A stretch of 64,000 nucleotides of DNA from Sphingobacteriia bacterium (GTDB taxonomy: Bacteria > Bacteroidota > Bacteroidia > Bacteroidales > UBA7960). Numbering within the stretch: the stretch's first letter is position 1; each line of letters begins with the position of its first letter. Where the stretch lies: assembly GCA_011390575.1 (NCBI GenBank), contig JAABSE010000001.1, positions 42,328 to 106,327 on the forward strand, read 5' to 3'. Shown here piece after piece: positions 58,719 through 64,000 of this stretch. Under the pieces are notes generated by a model that saw nothing but the letters and a program-made list of their open reading frames with translations, ran no database searches and was not told the DNA's origin. Position numbers and translations under genes: made by a program.

Positions 58719-59429
58719 ATGAGCAAACAAAACTTTACCGGCCTGAAGGCCATGTATGTAAACTGTACGCTAAAGAAGTCTCCTGAATTGACCCACACGC
58801 AGGGATTAATGAATGTTTCCATAAAAATCATGGAGAAGGAAGGTGTTCAGGTGGATCAGATCAGGCTGGTGGATCATGACGTTGCATCGGGCGTTTACCC
58901 CGATATGAAAGAGCACGGCTGGAAAACAGATGAGTGGCCTCAATTATTTGAGCGGATTTTTGATGCAGACATCCTGGTGATTGGCACCCCGATCTGGCTG
59001 GGCGAAAAGTCATCCGTAGCGCAAAAACTGATTGAGCGGCTGTATAGCATGAGTGGCGAAACCAATGAAAAAGGCCAGTATCTTTATTACGGAAAAGTGG
59101 GCGGATGTGTCATTACCGGTAATGAAGACGGGGTGAAGCATTGTGCTATGGGAATGCTGTATGCTTTGCAACATATTGGTTACAGCATTGCTCCCCAGGC
59201 AGATAGCGGCTGGATTGGTGAAGTAGGGCCTGGGCCCAGCTACCTGGATAAAGAATCCCATGCAGCACAGAATGATTTCACCAACCGCAACACCACCTTT
59301 ATGACCTACAATATGCTGCATCTGGCCACATTGCTAAAATCCAACCAGGGATACCCTGCTTATGGAAATTCGCGCAAGGACTGGGACCAGGGGTCGCGAT
59401 GGAATTTTGAAAACCCGGAGTACAGGTAA
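58719..59429 (+). CDS. Flavodoxin-family / NAD(P)H-dependent FMN reductase-like protein
   Basis: NCTLKKSP..HT, GTPIWLG, ITGNEDG. Confidence 0.85.
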   Translation: MSKQNFTGLKAMYVNCTLKKSPELTHTQGLMNVSIKIMEKEGVQVDQIRLVDHDVASGVYPDMKEHGWKTDEWPQLFERIFDADILVIGTPIWLGEKSSVAQKLIERLYSMSGETNEKGQYLYYGKVGGCVITGNEDGVKHCAMGMLYALQHIGYSIAPQADSGWIGEVGPGPSYLDKESHAAQNDFTNRNTTFMTYNMLHLATLLKSNQGYPAYGNSRKDWDQGSRWNFENPEYR

Positions 59430-59655
59430 ATTAAAAGTCGACTGTTTATAAGCTTCTTTTCTAATGCCTTGCGTGTCAGTGTTTTTTATTGTAAAACAAC
59501 AATGCAATCAGTATAAAGCCTACACCTGTAAGAGCAGGTGGCAAAATGGATGCTCTTGCACCGAGTACAATCATTACAACGGCAACTATCAACAATAGGA
59601 TTAATAATACATTTTTCATAGGATAAAGGTTTAAATGATTACGGAATGGTTTCGT

Positions 59656-60279
59656 TTATAATTTCTTCAGGGATTCCACGATATCTTTTACCGATGAACG
59701 TTTCCGGTAATCGGGGTCGAAATGGCGCCAGGCGATTTTACCGTCCTTGCCAATTACAAAGGTTGCCGGGATGGGCAGTTGCTGCGAATCATCGGAGTGG
59801 GCTTCTTTCAGGTTCGCTCCCAAAGCGGTATTGTACATTACTCTTTGCATAGAATCAGGCCTGAATTGCACATCAAATGCTTCAGCTATGTGGTAGTTTT
59901 TATCATGTAGCAGGGTGAATTCAGCGCCGGTTTTTTCGGCGGTTTTGCCCAGCAGACGTACCTGTTCTGGCGATACAGCTATGAGTGTAGCATTGTATTG
60001 TTGTATCACACCCAGCGAGTCCTGCAGGGTTTTCAGGTGCTTGTTGCATACCGGGCACCAATGACCACGGTAGAAGATAATCACCACAGGCCCCTGTTCC
60101 AGGGCTTCCTGCAATGAAAAATCATTGCCCTGCATATCTTTGGCATGAAACATTGGAGCCTCTGCTCCCGTTTCAAGCCCCCGGGCTTCTTTAGCACTTC
60201 GGTAGTTTTGCGACATAATGGGGTTTGGCATTAAAATAGTAATGAGGAAGAAAAATATAATAAAACTGAAGTTTTTCAT
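59656..60279 (-). CDS. Exported peroxiredoxin-like AhpC/TSA protein
   Basis: FYRGHWCPVC, LPIPATFVI, DPDYRKR. Confidence 0.88.
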   Translation of the reverse strand: MKNFSFIIFFFLITILMPNPIMSQNYRSAKEARGLETGAEAPMFHAKDMQGNDFSLQEALEQGPVVIIFYRGHWCPVCNKHLKTLQDSLGVIQQYNATLIAVSPEQVRLLGKTAEKTGAEFTLLHDKNYHIAEAFDVQFRPDSMQRVMYNTALGANLKEAHSDDSQQLPIPATFVIGKDGKIAWRHFDPDYRKRSSVKDIVESLKKL

Positions 60280-60578
60280 AATATTTGATTTTTAAATGTT
60301 AATTGAATTTTTATAGTCGTTATTTTCCATGTTTCCGGTTGTTTACATGTGATTCCAGTTCGGTTACCAGTTCCTGTCTGCCAATTGCTTTTTATCAATT
60401 GTTTTACTGTTTTAACTGACGGGATTTATTTCATTCCTGACAATTGTATAATTTCTGAAATTCAGGTTGCTGCCAATATATGTATCAGGCCGAAGATTTT
60501 ATTAAATGGTCAGCAGAAGTTCAGGTTGGGTTGGATGCAGGAACTTTCAGCCCTCTCGCTTGCATTTCAAATCAATGA

Positions 60579-61826
60579 CTACCTGTGTTCCCATCTTCTC
60601 ATTACAGGCCTGGCAGATAATCCATGGATAAAAACAGAAAGAATGATAATGACGGCAACAAGCGCAAGGAGCTGCCGCGATTGCTCAAAATCAGCATGAT
60701 AAAAAGCATACAATAAATAATAAATGGAGCCTATGCCCCGGATACCATAAAAGGATATTATCCACTTTTTCTCCTTTGAAAGCCCGGTGCCGGTCAGGCT
60801 GATAAATCCTGTGAGCGGACGGATCAGAAAAATAATTACCAGGGCAGCCGGGATCATATACCATTGAAAATCTTCCAGGAATCCGTGGCTGATATAGATG
60901 CCGGCAACCGTAAAAAGTACTGCCACCATTATCTTTTCAATCTCTTCGGAGAAATCATGGAGGATTTCCAGATGGTTATGTGTTGATTCTTGCTGTCGAA
61001 ACATACATGCAGCGACAAAAACAGCAATAAACCCATAGGAGTGTAACATTTCTGCCAGCCCATAGGGCAAGAGCGTGAGGCTAAGTGCAAGCAGTCCTAC
61101 TGTCAATGCAGATTCATGGGTGACGGGTTTGGGACTGAGGAAAATTATTTTGGCAAGAAGCCAGCCTGAGGCAAGGCCGGTTAAGGTTCCCACAATAATT
61201 TTGTACAGAAAATCGGTATACAACCAGTCCATGAACCAGTCACCGGGATGGATACTTATCAAAGCCATGGCTATGGCCATGTTGGTAAAAGGAAAAGCCA
61301 GTCCGTCATTAAGACCTGCCTCAGTTGTTAATGCCAGTCGTGAACTGGAAACATCGTCTTCCAGTGGAGGGGTCGTTTGGATATCTGATGCAAGCACGGG
61401 GTCTGTAGGTGCAATAACAGCTCCCAGCAACATGGCTGAAGCGGGAGCTAATCCAAGCATGGACCAGCCAAATAAAAATACCAGCACAATGGTTAAGGGC
61501 ATGGTAAATGCCAGTAAACGAAAAGAAATGCGCCACGTCTCCCAGGCAAAAGGACGTTTGAGTTTTAACCCTGCTGCGGTAAGAGAAACGATGACACCGA
61601 ATTCGGTGAGCCGTTTTCCGTAATAAGGATGTTCTGCAAGATGGGGAAGAGGACTTTCTTTGAACGAAATAAAAACGAGCACCGCAAAAGCCAGGTAAGC
61701 TATGGGAGCTGTAATGATATAACTGGATAAAAATCTTGGGAATAGCGTGGCTACCAATATGATAAAACCCAGATAGAACAGGATGATATTGTAGTTGTCC
61801 GGAGTAAGTAGGTGTGTAAAGTCCAT
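60579..61826 (-). CDS. Cation:proton antiporter (CPA1/NhaP-like)
   Basis: APTDPVLA, EAGLNDG, YGIRGIGSIYY. Confidence 0.9.
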   Translation of the reverse strand: MDFTHLLTPDNYNIILFYLGFIILVATLFPRFLSSYIITAPIAYLAFAVLVFISFKESPLPHLAEHPYYGKRLTEFGVIVSLTAAGLKLKRPFAWETWRISFRLLAFTMPLTIVLVFLFGWSMLGLAPASAMLLGAVIAPTDPVLASDIQTTPPLEDDVSSSRLALTTEAGLNDGLAFPFTNMAIAMALISIHPGDWFMDWLYTDFLYKIIVGTLTGLASGWLLAKIIFLSPKPVTHESALTVGLLALSLTLLPYGLAEMLHSYGFIAVFVAACMFRQQESTHNHLEILHDFSEEIEKIMVAVLFTVAGIYISHGFLEDFQWYMIPAALVIIFLIRPLTGFISLTGTGLSKEKKWIISFYGIRGIGSIYYLLYAFYHADFEQSRQLLALVAVIIILSVFIHGLSARPVMRRWEHR

Positions 61827-61997
61827 GTTAATAGTGCAAGCAGGCAAAAAAAGCTAAACATTACTTTTGTTGCGCTAAATTACACAGAATTCTGGTACGA
61901 ATACAGATTCCCGGATTCGTATTATCAACCTGATTGCATTCATTGTGAAGAATGCTATAGCTGGTATCATCTGAATTGTACCCCCTGATGAGGTAAA

Positions 61998-62423
61998 TCA
62001 GAAAGTCAGCACGTGAGCACCGCTTTTCAAATATTCTGTCAATGGCTTACCCATGCCTTGCACATCGAAGCCCATGGCCTTTAAATCTTCGTTAACCTCA
62101 TACATGTTGGCACATACAATGCATGCCCTGATTTCCACTCCGTCTTCCTGCATGACTTTTAGCTTTTCCTGTATTTTAACGTTTTCGGCTACCATCTTAG
62201 CGGAAGGGCCCCAGATGATCAGGGTTACTTCTTCAAACCAGCCGGCGGTTTTGGAAGTATGGGCATACATTAAAACCATGCGTTCGGCGGTGTAGGAGTC
62301 ATCACTGGTCCAAACGATAACGAGCTTGTTGGAGGCTTCATCCTGAACTTGTTTTTCTGCCTGCAGGGTATCGTGCGAAAGCAACATAAATACGGTGAGA
62401 AGTAATAGGGCTGTGTTCTTCAT
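61998..62423 (-). CDS. Exported DsrE-family protein
   Basis: LIIWGPS, RACIVCA, VLTF. Confidence 0.82.
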   Translation of the reverse strand: MKNTALLLLTVFMLLSHDTLQAEKQVQDEASNKLVIVWTSDDSYTAERMVLMYAHTSKTAGWFEEVTLIIWGPSAKMVAENVKIQEKLKVMQEDGVEIRACIVCANMYEVNEDLKAMGFDVQGMGKPLTEYLKSGAHVLTF

Positions 62424-62577
62424 AAGATTAATATTTAAAGGGTTTTGATGGGAATAATTATGTTCTTATTGTTTAAAAATCATATAGGGTAACATCGGGA
62501 TAAAAGGCGGCGAAAGAAAACCAGTACCCCATCATTTGGGTTTCCTGCTGTAGTTGCTGCCCGGCGCATGGGCACAA

Positions 62578-62608
62578 AACGGGCGAAACCCATCGTTCCG
62601 CCCGTTTG
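62578..62608 (-). terminator. Possible terminator hairpin
   Basis: AACGGGCG...CGCCCGTT; T-rich on the minus strand downstream. Confidence 0.45.
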
Positions 62609-62661
62609 CCTGGTTAAAAAACACTTAACCCAAATTGAGCGATTTTCGCTCTCACCTTATC

Positions 62662-63069
62662 TTACTTAGCGCCTTCACGAGCTGTTTTCATGGCTGCTGC
62701 AAGTTCTTCATTGGTTTTTGCAACACTGACTTTGTTGATGAGTTCTTTGGATTCAGCATCGAAAAAATAAGCAACACCCGTTAATTTGTTTGCTTTCATG
62801 GCATCCTGTAATCCATGTTTTTTTAGTTTATCTGCAGAAGCTTTTTTGGTTTCGTCTGTTGATAAATCATTTACAATAAAATGGATGGCTTCATCCTGGT
62901 TGTTTTCCATAAAGATAACCTGGGCTCTTTCACCGTTTCCTACACATGTGGGACACCACTCTGCATGATTTACCACGGCAACAACTTTTGCACTGGATTG
63001 AGCCATGCTAAAGACCGATACAAACAGAACAAGTATCATTGTCGCGAATATTGATTTTAATATTTTCAT
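62662..63069 (-). CDS. Exported thioredoxin-fold protein
   Basis: Signal peptide; HAEWCPTC. Confidence 0.78.
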   Translation of the reverse strand: MKILKSIFATMILVLFVSVFSMAQSSAKVVAVVNHAEWCPTCVGNGERAQVIFMENNQDEAIHFIVNDLSTDETKKASADKLKKHGLQDAMKANKLTGVAYFFDAESKELINKVSVAKTNEELAAAMKTAREGAK

Positions 63070-63188
63070 GAGTTCTAAAAATTTGGGGTTATACGATTAC
63101 GTTTATTATTCATTGATTTGATAGATTCGACGAGGGCGAATTGCAATCCTGACAAGTTAATGTCAAAGGTTTTTCATGTTTCCCCTTG

Positions 63189-63725
63189 TCAGGAAAGTGT
63201 GGGAGCTTCAGGAAAATCTATCGGGATATTGGTTACTTTGTGAAGGAAATTGGTTATGGTCTTTTCTCCGACGGCCAGGATAACATCCACCAGGCTGCCT
63301 TTGTCGTATCCTGCACTGAAGAATGCATTCAGCGTGGTATCATCTACACTGCCCCGGTTTTCAATGATGCTTTTGGCCAGTTTTACCAGGGCATCAAATT
63401 TTGTATCGAAGGATGCACTGCCTTTTCTCAGCTCCAGAATCTGTTCATCGGTAAAGCCGGTCATTTTGCCAACGGCTGTATGTGCTGCCAGGCAATAGGT
63501 GCAGCCGTTTACCTGACTTACAATCAGGTTGATGACCTCTTTCTCTTTGGCATTGAGGCTGGTTTTGCCGGAGGCAAAATTCATATATCGACCCAGTGCG
63601 TCTTCTGAGAAAGCATAGGTAGCGTAAATGTTGGGTACAAAACCCAGCTGGCTGTTCAGCTTATCAAAGATTTGCTGGTTTTCGGGGGTTACTTGTTCGC
63701 GGGTGGGAACTTCAAATTTTGTCAT
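63189..63725 (-). CDS. Carboxymuconolactone decarboxylase / AhpD-like protein
   Basis: GFVPNIY, EVINLIVSQVNGCTYCLAAH. Confidence 0.9.
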   Translation of the reverse strand: MTKFEVPTREQVTPENQQIFDKLNSQLGFVPNIYATYAFSEDALGRYMNFASGKTSLNAKEKEVINLIVSQVNGCTYCLAAHTAVGKMTGFTDEQILELRKGSASFDTKFDALVKLAKSIIENRGSVDDTTLNAFFSAGYDKGSLVDVILAVGEKTITNFLHKVTNIPIDFPEAPTLS

Positions 63726-63822
63726 AATAGTATCTGATTTTAAAAATGAAACATTGTATTAATTGATGGTACAAAGTTGCAACGAAACAAGTCCTTATAA
63801 AATGGCTGTTTAACCCTTTGGC

Positions 63823-63916
63823 ATGTCAAAACTGCCCGAATGCCATTTTTTTAATTATTAAAATTGTCTTAATGATGGGCTGCGGTGGGAATTGGGATAT
63901 GTCAAAACTGCCCGAA
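63823..63916 (-). promoter_or_regulatory. 18-bp perfect direct repeat upstream of the AhpD-like gene
   Basis: ATGTCAAAACTGCCCGAA at 63823 and 63899. Confidence 0.55.
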
Positions 63917-64000
63917 AGCAATTTTTTTGTGTTTTTCACGGAATTGCTGAATGCTAAGGTTTGTGTTGTTTTTGAAAAAGCGGCTGAACCGGGAAGGGTC

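Overview
Bacteroidota (Bacteroidales/Marinilabiliales-like) chromosome window: TAnnTTTG promoters, no Shine-Dalgarno sites, and a T9SS C-terminal domain. 1-12.2 kb is core genome: end of the spc/alpha ribosomal cluster (secY-map-infA-rpmJ-rpsM-rpsK-rpsD-rpoA-rplQ), eno, a secreted EEP-domain protein and two phosphate transporters. 12.2-22.4 kb holds a membrane-NTPase fusion, a MobA-like gene and an ArsR/ArsF/ArsG/ArsP-thioredoxin-rhodanese cluster. 22.6-52.5 kb is a ~30-kb general-stress-like island: a short AraC regulator, CsbD/YtxH/lmo0937-type small proteins, GH130-GT4-PIG-L, MlaEFD plus an Omp85-like protein, Pfk, YihY, a B12 radical SAM, a DUF3494 lipoprotein, two kinases, an orphan CheB-CheR-PAS fusion and OmpA. 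The main finding is that eight intergenic sites in this island share a 66-bp promoter architecture: TGTGAWTWATGYAA, a second TGTAA-like box exactly 21 bp later (7 of 8 sites), and the -7 element exactly 48 bp after the first TGYAA (8 of 8). This suggests an AraC-activated stress regulon, possibly fed by a chemotaxis-independent methylation/kinase circuit. The island is bracketed by BIME-like REP arrays related to those flanking an IS200-type HUH transposase (53.4 kb). The last 10 kb carry a PLP decarboxylase with a permuted papain-like partner, a relic of a paralogous cassette, alr and thiol-redox genes. Family names come from motif recognition only; no searches were run.
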